A DNA stretch of 64,000 nucleotides, taken from a bacterium. GTDB taxonomy: Bacteria; Acidobacteriota; Polarisedimenticolia; Polarisedimenticolales; Polarisedimenticolaceae. The stretch lies in the NCBI GenBank assembly GCA_024226515.1, contig JAAELQ010000057.1, forward strand, positions 12,723 through 76,722. The letters run 5' to 3'. The notes beneath the pieces were generated by a model. That model did not search any database. It was not told the DNA's origin and worked only from the letters and a program-made list of their open reading frames with translations. This document shows, in pieces, positions 51,635 through 63,396 of this stretch (within the stretch, counting starts at the first letter, position 1; every line of letters starts with the position of its first letter). The position numbers and the translations under genes were made by a program.

Positions 51635-52309
51635 CTACTGCGCCCCGAGGGCCCGCGGAAAGAGGATGTTGTTCTCCAGGTGGATGTGCTCGTGTAGCGA
51701 TTGCTCGAGGGCGGCCAACCCGTGCCACAGCGCACGCCAGGTGTTGCACGCCTCCTCCGGGACGGTGTAGCCCTCGGTCAGCTCCCGCAGCCGATGCAGC
51801 GCCTTGCCCGCGTTGTCGTGTTCGTGCTCCATGACCGAGATCGGGCCGCCCGCCATCGCGCCCTGCCCCTGGCGGATCATGGGGAACAGGATCTGCTCCT
51901 CCTTCGCCATGTGTTGCTCGAGCTCGGCCTTCAGGCCGGTGCAGATCGACGCCAGCTCGGGCAGTGCGTCGGGTCGCTTGTCCCCGTGGACCCGGGCGAC
52001 CTTCTGCGCCATCTCCTCCAGCCGCGGCAGCTCTTCGTAGAGCGGCTTGTGGTAGTTGGCGAGGATGTGATCGATGAGATCGCCGAGCGGCGCCTCGTCC
52101 CAGCGGATCACCTCCGCGGTAGGCGAGGCGACCTCTTTCTCGATCTCCGCCAGGACCGCCTGAGCGTCCAGGCCGCGTTGCTCGCAGACTTCTCCCAGAG
52201 GCTTGCCGCCCCCGCAACAGAAGTCGATCCCGTGCCGCGAGAAGACTCTCGTGGCCAGGGGGTGCTCGGTGGCGATCCGTCCGATCTTGCTGTCGAGCTG
52301 GAGTTTCAT
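51635..52309 (-). CDS. ytfE: Iron-sulfur cluster repair di-iron protein (RIC/YtfE/ScdA family)
   Basis: The N-terminal ScdA_N motif is FSRHGIDFCCGGGKPLGEVC. Hemerythrin-like His/Glu motifs are present (HHKPLYEELP, HMAKEEQILFP, MEHEHD, HIHLENNILFP). Confidence 0.9.
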   Translation of the reverse strand: MKLQLDSKIGRIATEHPLATRVFSRHGIDFCCGGGKPLGEVCEQRGLDAQAVLAEIEKEVASPTAEVIRWDEAPLGDLIDHILANYHKPLYEELPRLEEMAQKVARVHGDKRPDALPELASICTGLKAELEQHMAKEEQILFPMIRQGQGAMAGGPISVMEHEHDNAGKALHRLRELTEGYTVPEEACNTWRALWHGLAALEQSLHEHIHLENNILFPRALGAQ

Positions 52310-52354
52310 GGTGTCGTCTCCTCGTTCTTGATGGACCGCTCGATCTCTCGTCGG

Positions 52355-55432
<3,078 letters not shown>

Positions 55433-55454
55433 GGTTGTCCGGCGACCTCTCGAG

Positions 55455-57050
55455 CTATTCGTGGACGCAGCCCGCCCCGAGGCGTGAGGCGAGGAGCTGG
55501 GATTTCAGTGCAAAGCCTCCCGCGACGACCACGGACTCGTCGGCATTCAGGCCGGCGACGACCTCGATCCGGTCGTCATGTCTGGCCCCGAGGGTCACCG
55601 GTCGGGCTTCGAACAGGTCCTCGAAGAACTCCACGAACACGATCGTGGTTCCGGTCACGTTTTGCACGGCAGACATCGGAACGACCACCGCCCGGTCCGT
55701 GCGGGAGGTCGTGATGCGCGCGCGCGCGAACATCCGCGCCTTCAGCTGTCCGTCGGCGTTCGGGATCTCGACTCGCCCCCGGACCTGGCGCGTGCGCTCG
55801 TCCACCGTCGGCGAGACCCATGTCAGGGTTCCGTCGAACTCGCGACCGGGCAGCGAGTCGACGGTGAGCGTCGCCGACTGTCCCGCGCTGACGCGCGAGA
55901 CCTGCGATTCCGGAACGTACACGGTGGCCCACAGCACGGCGGTGTCGGTGAGCGTGAACAGAGCGTCGGCCTGTTCCACAACCGCGCCCTGGACCGCCGT
56001 GCGCTCGACGATCTCGCCGGCGAAGGGCGCTCGAAGCTCGAGAACTCCCGGCGTACTCTGTTGACGCTCGAGTGCCTCGATCTGCCCCTCGTCGAACCCG
56101 AGCACCAGCAGCCACTGGCGCGCCTGGCGCAGTGCCGCGGTCGCCACGTGGTGCGCCACCTCGGCCTCCTGATAATCCTTCTCGGACGCGATGCGCTGGG
56201 CCAGCAGGTTGCGATGACGCTCGAGCACCGTCTCCCGCAGCTCGTGGTCGGCCATCGCGCGCAGGTAAGCACCCTGCGCCTCGCCGATGGTCTCGGAGGT
56301 CAGCGTCGCCAGCAGGTCGCCCTGTCGGACCCGGCCGCCCAGGTCCACCTCGACGCTCTTGACGACGCCGCGTGCCAGCGACGTGATCTGCGTCAGCTTG
56401 TTCTGATTGAACGCGAGCTCGGCGAGGCAGCTCACGCCGTCCTCCATCGGCTGCACGTCCGGTGTCGCCACGACGACGCCGGCCTGCGCCGCGGAGGCCT
56501 CCGACGCCAGGCGCACCTTCAGGCCCTGTCCCGGCGACTCCCGGGCCAGCAGCTCGGGATGGCAGATGCCGCACTCGCGTTCGAGGACGCCGTGCTCGTT
56601 GCACATCAGCCCCGGCCCGGGCGCCTCGCCGCCGGGCGAGGGGGCCGCCGCACCCTCGGCCGGTTCGGGGGAGTCCTCGAGCAACTCCGGATGACAGAGG
56701 AAGCACTCGTCCTCGTAGAGCGAATGCTCCTTGCACCACAGCCGCTCCTTGTCTTCGATCTCGGGGTGACACAACCAGCAGCGGTCCTCGTATCGGGCGT
56801 GCTCGCGGCACCACAGCCGCCCCTTGTCACGCAGGCTCGCGTCGCAGATGAAGCACTGGTCCGCGGGCGCACCGTGTGCGGCGCACGTGGCGCCGTCGGT
56901 CTCCGTCTGGGCGGCCGGTTCCGGGGGCTCGGGGCCGGCGTCGTCTCCGTTGCCGGCGGGAGAGCAGGCCGAGAGCAGGAGCAGAGTCATCGCGGCCAAC
57001 GCGAGCGGCAATCGATGACGTTTCAGATCCGTCTGTCTGTCGATTCGCAT
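55455..57050 (-). CDS. Efflux RND periplasmic adaptor (MFP) lipoprotein with N-terminal array of four Cys/His metal-knuckle repeats
   Basis: GAGGT lies 6 nt upstream and the lipobox is LLLSAC. Four repeats of C-x-[AE]H-x6-C-x2-C[HD]PE[IL] lie at aa 56-167. Canonical MFP domains follow (...VVKSVEVDLGGRVRQGDLLATL...). Confidence 0.9.
   Translation of the reverse strand: MRIDRQTDLKRHRLPLALAAMTLLLLSACSPAGNGDDAGPEPPEPAAQTETDGATCAAHGAPADQCFICDASLRDKGRLWCREHARYEDRCWLCHPEIEDKERLWCKEHSLYEDECFLCHPELLEDSPEPAEGAAAPSPGGEAPGPGLMCNEHGVLERECGICHPELLARESPGQGLKVRLASEASAAQAGVVVATPDVQPMEDGVSCLAELAFNQNKLTQITSLARGVVKSVEVDLGGRVRQGDLLATLTSETIGEAQGAYLRAMADHELRETVLERHRNLLAQRIASEKDYQEAEVAHHVATAALRQARQWLLVLGFDEGQIEALERQQSTPGVLELRAPFAGEIVERTAVQGAVVEQADALFTLTDTAVLWATVYVPESQVSRVSAGQSATLTVDSLPGREFDGTLTWVSPTVDERTRQVRGRVEIPNADGQLKARMFARARITTSRTDRAVVVPMSAVQNVTGTTIVFVEFFEDLFEARPVTLGARHDDRIEVVAGLNADESVVVAGGFALKSQLLASRLGAGCVHE
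56550..56885 (-). repeat. Four tandem Cys3-His-type knuckles in the adaptor N-terminus
   Basis: The units are CAAHGAPADQCFICDASL, WCREHARYEDRCWLCHPEI, WCKEHSLYEDECFLCHPEL and MCNEHGVLERECGICHPEL. Confidence 0.8.
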
Positions 57051-57174
57051 TCTTTACCTCGAGTTACGTACCTGGAAGGGCGCCGCGGGCACAACGCCGG
57101 ACGAAGTGCGTGGGCGCGCAGGCGGCCGCTCGTAGCGCGCTACGGGAGCAGCCGAGTCGGGGTGTGGCGGGAGA

Positions 57175-57570
57175 TCAGATCAGCAGAACGACGGTGCGTA
57201 TCGCGGAGAGACTCGTCTCGCCCGCGTCGGCGACCGCTGCTCCGGGAGTGCGCGTTTCCGCGGGTGCGGTAACACCTCGCCGGAGTGCCGACGCGGATGC
57301 GACGTCGAGAGATGCCTTGTGGGGGCTCGCTCCCGCCGTGGTCGGCGCGGCGTCGACGGTAATGCAGCAAACGCAATCGGATCCACCGTGGAGCTGCGTC
57401 GACCCGGCGAGACGGGACTCGCCACCGTCGTTGCGCTCTCCACAGCAATCGGGGTCGCTGCCGTCCCCGAGGCACAGCAGCATTCCTGCCGCGACCGGAG
57501 AGACGTGTCCCAGCAGCATGACGCCGACGGCGACGGATGCCAGGACCTTCATGGCGAGCGAATTACCCAT
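57175..57570 (-). CDS. Small Cys-rich putative membrane/periplasmic metal-binding protein leading the second RND operon
   Basis: This is the in-frame ATG at 57570 within track ORF 57175..57609. It reads MGNSLAMKVLASVAVGVMLLGHVSPVAAGMLLCLGDGSDPDCCGERNDGGESRLAGSTQLHGGSDCVCC..., with six Cys in clusters. There is no SD, and a strong promoter abuts the ATG. The ATG at 57552 is an alternative start. Confidence 0.45.
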   Translation of the reverse strand: MGNSLAMKVLASVAVGVMLLGHVSPVAAGMLLCLGDGSDPDCCGERNDGGESRLAGSTQLHGGSDCVCCITVDAAPTTAGASPHKASLDVASASALRRGVTAPAETRTPGAAVADAGETSLSAIRTVVLLI

Positions 57571-57579
57571 GTGCCACCG

Positions 57580-57609
57580 AATATAGTCATGGCGCACCCT
57601 CGGTGTCAA
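57580..57609 (-). promoter_or_regulatory. Strong sigma70-like promoter for the second RND operon (leaderless or very short leader)
   Basis: The minus strand reads TTGACA (57609-57604, a perfect -35), N18, TATATT (57585-57580), CGGTGGCAC, ATG (57570). Confidence 0.45.
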
Positions 57610-57649
57610 AACGCCTCTTTTGCCCCGATTCTGTTACCTTGCCAGCCGC

Positions 57650-59284
57650 ATGATCGCGCTTACCAACATCAGCAAGCAGTACGGACGGCAGGTGTTGTTC
57701 GTCGACGCCTCGTTCCAGGTGCGCAGCGGGGAGAAGATCGGTCTGGTCGGACCCAACGGGGCCGGAAAGACGACGATCTTCCGCATGCTGTCCGGTGAAG
57801 AGCAGCCCGACGACGGAGGCGTCACGATCCCCAAACGCACGACCGTCGGTTACTTCAGGCAGGACGTCGAGAGCATGGGTGGAAACTCGACCCTCGACGA
57901 GGCGATCGGCGGCAGCGGGCGGGTCGGCGAGCTGCACCACCAGCTGGCCGAGCTGGAGCACGACATGGGCGACCCGGCCAAGGCGGACCGGATGGACGAG
58001 ATTCTGGCCCGCTTCGGCAACGTACAGGAGGAGTATCAGCAGGCCGGCGGCTACGAGCTCGAGGCGCGTGCCCGCGAGGTCCTGCAGGGACTGGGCTTCG
58101 AGGCGGCGATGATCGACGGCGACGTCGCCGAGCTGTCCGGCGGCTGGAAGATGCGTGTGGCGATGGCCAAGGTGTTGCTGGCCGACCCCGACGTGCTGTT
58201 GATGGACGAGCCGACGAACCATCTGGACATCGAGTCGATCCTGTGGCTCGAGGAGTACCTCAAGCGCAGCAAGGCGACGCTCGTGATGACCTGTCACGAT
58301 CGAGACTTCATGAACCGCATCGTCGATCGGATCGTCGATATCGATGGGGGAGCCTTGATCGAGTACTCGGGCGACTACGATCACTTCGTCGCCGAGCGGC
58401 GCCTGCGCGCAACCCAGCGCGAGGCGTCCTATCAGCGCCAGCAGGCGATGCTGGCCAAGGAACAACGTTTCATCGAGCGCTTCTCCACGCACGCGGCCAA
58501 GGCCGCACAGGTGCAGAGCCGGGTCAAGAAGCTGGAGAAGATCGAGACGATCGAGCTGCCCAAGCGTCACAAGTCGGTCAAGTTCGAGTTCCGCACGCCG
58601 CCGAGGTCCGGCGAGGACGTTGCCGTGCTCTCGGGGATCGACAAGAGCTTCGGCGAGCGGACGATCTACGAGGGGTTCGGCCTGACGATTCGTCGTGGCG
58701 AGCGCTGGTGCGTGATGGGTCGCAACGGAGCGGGAAAGACGACGCTGCTCAAGATGGTGTGCGGAGCCCTGGCGCCGGACAGCGGCACGGTGAGCATCGG
58801 TCCGTCGGTGACGCTGGGCTACTTCGCCCAGCAGGCCCTGGATGTACTGGATCCGCAGGCCACGCTGCTCGACCAGCTCCAACGCGACTTTCCGATGGAA
58901 TCGCAGCCGACGCTGCGCAAGCTGCTCGGTGCGTTCCAGTTTCCCGGGGACGACGTGGACAAGAAGATCGCCGCGCTGTCGGGCGGTGAGAAGACGCGAC
59001 TCGTGATCAGTCGAATGTTGTTGAACCCGCCGAACTTCCTCGTGCTCGACGAGCCGACGAACCATCTCGACCTGGAGACCAAGGAGATGTTGATCGAAGC
59101 GCTCGCCGGGTTCGACGGCGCCATGCTGTTCGTGTCGCACGACCGGGAGTTCTTGCGCGGTCTGTCCAACCGCGTGCTCGACCTGCAGCCCGAAGACGAG
59201 AGCCACGGTCCGGACAGGTACAGCGGGGGATACACGGAGTGGGTCGAAGCGACCGGGCAGGACGCCCCGGGCGTTCACCGCTGA
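57650..59284 (+). CDS. ABC-F family ATPase (two ABC domains, no TM domain)
   Basis: The ATG at 57650 gives MIALTNISKQYG.... Walker A occurs twice (GPNGAGKTT, GRNGAGKTT). Signature motifs are LSGGWKMR and LSGGEKTR. Walker B motifs are LLMDEPTNHLD and LVLDEPTNHLD. Confidence 0.92.
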   Translation: MIALTNISKQYGRQVLFVDASFQVRSGEKIGLVGPNGAGKTTIFRMLSGEEQPDDGGVTIPKRTTVGYFRQDVESMGGNSTLDEAIGGSGRVGELHHQLAELEHDMGDPAKADRMDEILARFGNVQEEYQQAGGYELEARAREVLQGLGFEAAMIDGDVAELSGGWKMRVAMAKVLLADPDVLLMDEPTNHLDIESILWLEEYLKRSKATLVMTCHDRDFMNRIVDRIVDIDGGALIEYSGDYDHFVAERRLRATQREASYQRQQAMLAKEQRFIERFSTHAAKAAQVQSRVKKLEKIETIELPKRHKSVKFEFRTPPRSGEDVAVLSGIDKSFGERTIYEGFGLTIRRGERWCVMGRNGAGKTTLLKMVCGALAPDSGTVSIGPSVTLGYFAQQALDVLDPQATLLDQLQRDFPMESQPTLRKLLGAFQFPGDDVDKKIAALSGGEKTRLVISRMLLNPPNFLVLDEPTNHLDLETKEMLIEALAGFDGAMLFVSHDREFLRGLSNRVLDLQPEDESHGPDRYSGGYTEWVEATGQDAPGVHR

Positions 59285-59291
59285 GAGTCCC

Positions 59292-62099
59292 TCAGGGGCA
59301 GGCGACGCGGGACCGGGCGAAGCACGGCGTCGCCGCGGCCGGGCGCGCGACTCCGTTCGAGTCGAAGCCGTAGCCCCCTTCGCGGTTCGTGTCGCTCGGC
59401 ACGATCAGGAAGTAGTGATCGCCCGGCTCGATCGGGATCGTGTCGAAGGTCTCGCCGCCGGTCCCGCATTTCACGGGCCGGTGATTCCAGCTCCACTCGC
59501 CGGACTCGGGGAGCGAGCCGCGGTAGATCGCGTAGTCGGTCAAGCCCGCCGTGACGTTGCAGCTCGTGCCCCAGCTCAACTCCAGCGCATCCGTCCCGGA
59601 CCGGGACAGGGCCAGGGAGGTGCCGGGGACGAGGTCGCCGTCCGGCGTCTCTCCGATGCCGCCGGGTAGGGTGGCTCCCATGCCGAGAGCGGGCAGGACC
59701 ACCAGCGCCAGATCGGGGTCGTAGTTGAACATGATGAAGCCGCCGGTGCCGGCCTCGCGGGTGGCCCGGACCTGCGCGATGACGGCGTCCGGGGTGAGGT
59801 GCGTGGCGTCGTTGGAGACGCCGATGCCCGGATAGATCGGCACCCGTCCGGCTGCGAGGCCCAGCTGCTCTGTGATCAGTTCGCGGAATCGATCGTAGTC
59901 GGGCGTGGTGCTCATCGGAAACAGGAAATCGACGATCCCGCGATCGATCCAGTCGACCCAGTCCTGGCCGGCGTTGCCGAAGGCCACGGAGTAGTCGCCG
60001 TAGACCGCGGCCGAGATGCGGACCTCCGGGTCGATCGCGCGGGCGCCGTCGTACACCGCCTGCACCAGGTTGGTGATCTGTGCGCGGCGCCACGGGAGGA
60101 ACTCCGCCTCCAGCGGCCCGCCCGCTCGCACGTCCGCCGGCCAGAGAGTGACGCTGTTGCCGGTGTCGGCCTCGAAGCGGGTGCGGCAGCCGTCGCAGTA
60201 GCAGTAGTCCGGACCGGGGTAGCGGATGTAGTCGAAGTGCAGACCGTCGACGTCGTAGTTCTGCACGACCTCCAGCATCGAGTCGCGCTCGAGCGCGAGG
60301 TTGTCGGGATGGGATGGGCAGAGCCAGTCGGTCTCCTCGCCGAACGCCGATACCTGCAAACGCTCTTCCGTTCGCATCTGGTCGACGAAACTCTGAGGGG
60401 CCTTGCCCAGGTTCCAGTTCACCTTCCAGATGTGGGCCTCGATTCCATGAGCATGAGCGGCGTCCACACAGGCGCTGATCTGATCGCCGTAGTTGTTGAA
60501 CTGAGACGAGTGGGGCAGCAGAGCGCTGTCGTAATGCGCCAGGCCGGCCCTGAGACTGTTGGGGAACACCGCGCTGAACCCGTTGTCGACCAGCGTCGAG
60601 ATCGCGCTCGGCCAGTCACCGGGAAAGGGACCGGTGCCGGCATGCTCCCACACGGCGCGGAACTCCGGCAGCACGGACGACTGGGCGAGGTAGTACGCCT
60701 CCTGAAGCCGGGAGCGGGCGTCGATCGCGGTCCAGACCGCAGCGGCATGCTGCCCCAGGGCCACCTCGGCGAGCGCCTGGTTGCGGACGACGGCGGCGGC
60801 CGCGAGTGCAGCCGCCACCTCGACCTGGCGCGGTGTGGAGGCCCCCGCGCTCGAGATGTCGGCCACGGCCTCGCCGTAGTCGTCGTACTCGGCGATCCGG
60901 CCGATGCGTTCGATCGCGGCCGACGCCGCGTCGGGCCAGATCTCCGGTACGTAGTGGCCGATCAGTCCGAGCAGCATCTTCTGCTTGTTCAGCCGATCGC
61001 TGGCATGGAGGATGTGCGACATGAACGCGCCGTTGTCGCCGGCCAGCCAGGCCGCGTCGCCGGTCGGATTCCCCGCGCTGTCGTGCCACTCGGCGACGAC
61101 TCGCGCATCGAGCACCGGACGCGGCACGGCGTTGGTGATGGTCCAGGAGTTCTGCCGCGCGCTCTCGGGTAGGGGCGCGATCGTCGGGTCGTCGAACTCG
61201 AACGAGGCGTAGTCACCGACCGTGCTTCCGGTCTGCTCGATCCCGAGCAGATCCTCGAGCCGATCCGAGAGTAAGAAAAAGGCCAGCAGCTTGCCGCCGG
61301 ATGCGACGAATCCCTCGAGGGCGGTCATCTGCGAATCGCTGACGATCTCGTTGAACGGCAGGACGGCGATCTTGCTGTGGTCCAGGTAGCCGTCGTCGAT
61401 GGCGGGGCCGTCGAGCACGCCGATGGAGATGTCGTACTCGTCCAGAAAGAAACGGATCAGCTCGGCCATCTTGTGGCCGGAGGACTGATCGGTCTCGTCG
61501 TCGCGGAAGATGAACACCAACGGCGAATAAGCCCGCAGCTCGCGCACCGCCAGCACGGTGTCGTCTTCCGACCCGCGCCAGGGCGACAGCCGGATCGTGT
61601 CGACCTGATCCCATCCGCCCGGTGTCCCTTCCTCGCTGAAGTCGGTCACGGCGAAGGTCAGGGTCTGCCAGCCGGATCGGGTGATCTTGTGCGACTGGGA
61701 GTACCAGCCGGACCCGGAGTGGAAGTAGAGCGTCAGCAGCGAGACCGCATCCGGGTCCGGCACGTAGATCTCCAGCGCGAACATGGGGTAGCTCGACAGG
61801 TCGATCGTGCCGAGTCGATCCCAGTAGCAACGATCCGGCAGGGCGCTGAAGTTGCAGGCGAGCTGCATCACCCGCTCGGTTCCCCACTCGCCGGAGTCGG
61901 CCATCGTGACCCGCGGGGAGGTGGCCCTCGCGAGCCACGCCGCCTGGGCGGCCGCGTCGCTCGCGTACTCGAACTCGTCGAGGATCAGGCTGTCGGCCGG
62001 GGCCGGCCCGGCGCCGAGAATCAGCGAGAGCAGGCCGAGCACCAGGAGTCCCGGGCAGGTCGGCGGCGAACAACAGCGAGCGCGGCGGGTCGTCGACAA
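59292..62099 (-). CDS. Secreted glycoside-hydrolase-like family 10 (GHL10/DUF187, YngK-like) protein with N-terminal carbohydrate-binding-like domain and FN3-like Cys-capped C-terminal module
   Basis: The TTG at 62099 lies 4 nt after GAGGGA. Signal peptide is ...CPGLLVLGLLSLILGAGPAPADS. The GHL10 core reads ...FRAVWEHAGTGPFPGDW..., VDGLHFDYIRYPG..YCYCDGCRTRF, ...DFLFPM. The tail at 59295..59615 reads LELSWGTSC...DYAIYRG...HYFLIVPSD..EGGYGFDS.G..RP....C......CP*. Confidence 0.85.
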   Translation of the reverse strand: MSTTRRARCCSPPTCPGLLVLGLLSLILGAGPAPADSLILDEFEYASDAAAQAAWLARATSPRVTMADSGEWGTERVMQLACNFSALPDRCYWDRLGTIDLSSYPMFALEIYVPDPDAVSLLTLYFHSGSGWYSQSHKITRSGWQTLTFAVTDFSEEGTPGGWDQVDTIRLSPWRGSEDDTVLAVRELRAYSPLVFIFRDDETDQSSGHKMAELIRFFLDEYDISIGVLDGPAIDDGYLDHSKIAVLPFNEIVSDSQMTALEGFVASGGKLLAFFLLSDRLEDLLGIEQTGSTVGDYASFEFDDPTIAPLPESARQNSWTITNAVPRPVLDARVVAEWHDSAGNPTGDAAWLAGDNGAFMSHILHASDRLNKQKMLLGLIGHYVPEIWPDAASAAIERIGRIAEYDDYGEAVADISSAGASTPRQVEVAAALAAAAVVRNQALAEVALGQHAAAVWTAIDARSRLQEAYYLAQSSVLPEFRAVWEHAGTGPFPGDWPSAISTLVDNGFSAVFPNSLRAGLAHYDSALLPHSSQFNNYGDQISACVDAAHAHGIEAHIWKVNWNLGKAPQSFVDQMRTEERLQVSAFGEETDWLCPSHPDNLALERDSMLEVVQNYDVDGLHFDYIRYPGPDYCYCDGCRTRFEADTGNSVTLWPADVRAGGPLEAEFLPWRRAQITNLVQAVYDGARAIDPEVRISAAVYGDYSVAFGNAGQDWVDWIDRGIVDFLFPMSTTPDYDRFRELITEQLGLAAGRVPIYPGIGVSNDATHLTPDAVIAQVRATREAGTGGFIMFNYDPDLALVVLPALGMGATLPGGIGETPDGDLVPGTSLALSRSGTDALELSWGTSCNVTAGLTDYAIYRGSLPESGEWSWNHRPVKCGTGGETFDTIPIEPGDHYFLIVPSDTNREGGYGFDSNGVARPAAATPCFARSRVACP

Positions 62100-62245
62100 G
62101 GGTTCCCTCGGCCAGAGCTGAATCGACCTTCAATATACGCCAGATCCGCCGATCGGCTGCGACGGTTGTTACATTGCTGTGACAGCATTCCGCCCGGAAA
62201 TCGCGCACCATTCTCCTCCGAGAGCAACTCACTGGAGGAACGTCG

Positions 62246-63370
62246 ATGAACAGAGCCGGAACGATTCGAACCGTCCTTGTCGTCCTTGCCACCGCACTGG
62301 CGGCTCTCTCCGCGTCCGCCGCGCCGGAGACTCGCCCGGTCGACGTGGTGGTCATGCTCGACACCTCGGGCAGCATGGAGAACCTGCTCGACGCCACGCG
62401 GGCCCGCGTGTGGGACGTCGTCAACGAGCTGGGTCGCATGAAGCCCACGCCCGAGCTGCGCGTGGGTCTGCTCAGCTTCGGCACGGAGGCGGCCTCCGAG
62501 GAGCAGGGCTACATCGTGCGGCACCTGGACCTGACCGCCGATCTGGACGAGGTCTACGCCGAGCTGATGGCGTTGACGATCGGCGGCGGCGAGGAGTACG
62601 TCGGTCGCGCCATCAACGAGGCGCTGGACGGTATGAGCTGGAACCCCGAGTACGATGCGCTACGGGTGATGTTCGTGGCCGGCAACGAGTCGGCGGACCA
62701 GGGAGTCGAGGACAACGACTTTCGCATCGCGACGCGCGCCGCGAACGACAAGGACATCATCGTCAACTCGCTGTACGCCGGAAACCGCGAGCAGGGCGTC
62801 GTCGAGAAGTGGCACGAGGTGGCTCAGCTCGGCAAAGGCAACTTCTCCGCCATCGATCCCGCGATAGGCTCGATCCAGATCGCGGCCCCGCAGGACGCCA
62901 GGTTGCTCGAGCTGAACGCCAACCTCAACACGACGTACGTTCCCTACGGCGAGAAGGGGCAAAACGGTCTGGCCAACCAGATTGCGCAGGACGGCAACGC
63001 GTCGCGCCTCGGCGTCCAGTCCTGCAGCAGCCGCATCGTGGCCAAGGGCGGTGCCCTGTACAACAATGCTTCATGGGACCTCGTGGACAGGACGCTCGAA
63101 GAGGGCTTCGGCTGGGATGCGATCTCGGTTGCCGATCTACCCGAGGAGATGCAGGCGATGACGGCCGAAGAGAAGGTCGAGTTCATCGAGGTCAGGCGCG
63201 TGCAGCGTGAGGGCATCCAGAGCGAGATCCAGGCGCTGAGCGCGGCGCGTGAAGAGTTCGTCCAGCAGGCGATCGCCGACAGGATCGGCAAGGCCGGGCT
63301 CGGCGAGGCGATGCGCAACGCGATCCGCGAGCAGGCGATGGCCAAGGGCTTCAAGTGCGAAGGCTGCTAG
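62246..63370 (+). CDS. Secreted von Willebrand factor type A (VWA) domain protein ending -CEGC
   Basis: GGAGGA lies 6 nt upstream. Signal peptide is MNRAGTIRTVLVVLATALAALSASAAPE. The MIDAS motif is VVVMLDTSGSM, with later ...GGGEEY... and ...VAGNESADQG. The C-terminus is ...MAKGFKCEGC*. Confidence 0.85.
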   Translation: MNRAGTIRTVLVVLATALAALSASAAPETRPVDVVVMLDTSGSMENLLDATRARVWDVVNELGRMKPTPELRVGLLSFGTEAASEEQGYIVRHLDLTADLDEVYAELMALTIGGGEEYVGRAINEALDGMSWNPEYDALRVMFVAGNESADQGVEDNDFRIATRAANDKDIIVNSLYAGNREQGVVEKWHEVAQLGKGNFSAIDPAIGSIQIAAPQDARLLELNANLNTTYVPYGEKGQNGLANQIAQDGNASRLGVQSCSSRIVAKGGALYNNASWDLVDRTLEEGFGWDAISVADLPEEMQAMTAEEKVEFIEVRRVQREGIQSEIQALSAAREEFVQQAIADRIGKAGLGEAMRNAIREQAMAKGFKCEGC

Positions 63371-63396
63371 CAGACTGAAGGTCGATCTTGGCGCAA

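Noticed and set aside
57571-57609. TTG at 57609 as the start of the small Cys-rich ORF (track annotation)
   Set aside because: That TTG is part of a perfect TTGACA -35 hexamer. The 13 extra residues (MTPRVRHDYIRWH) precede the hydrophobic N-terminus and have no RBS.
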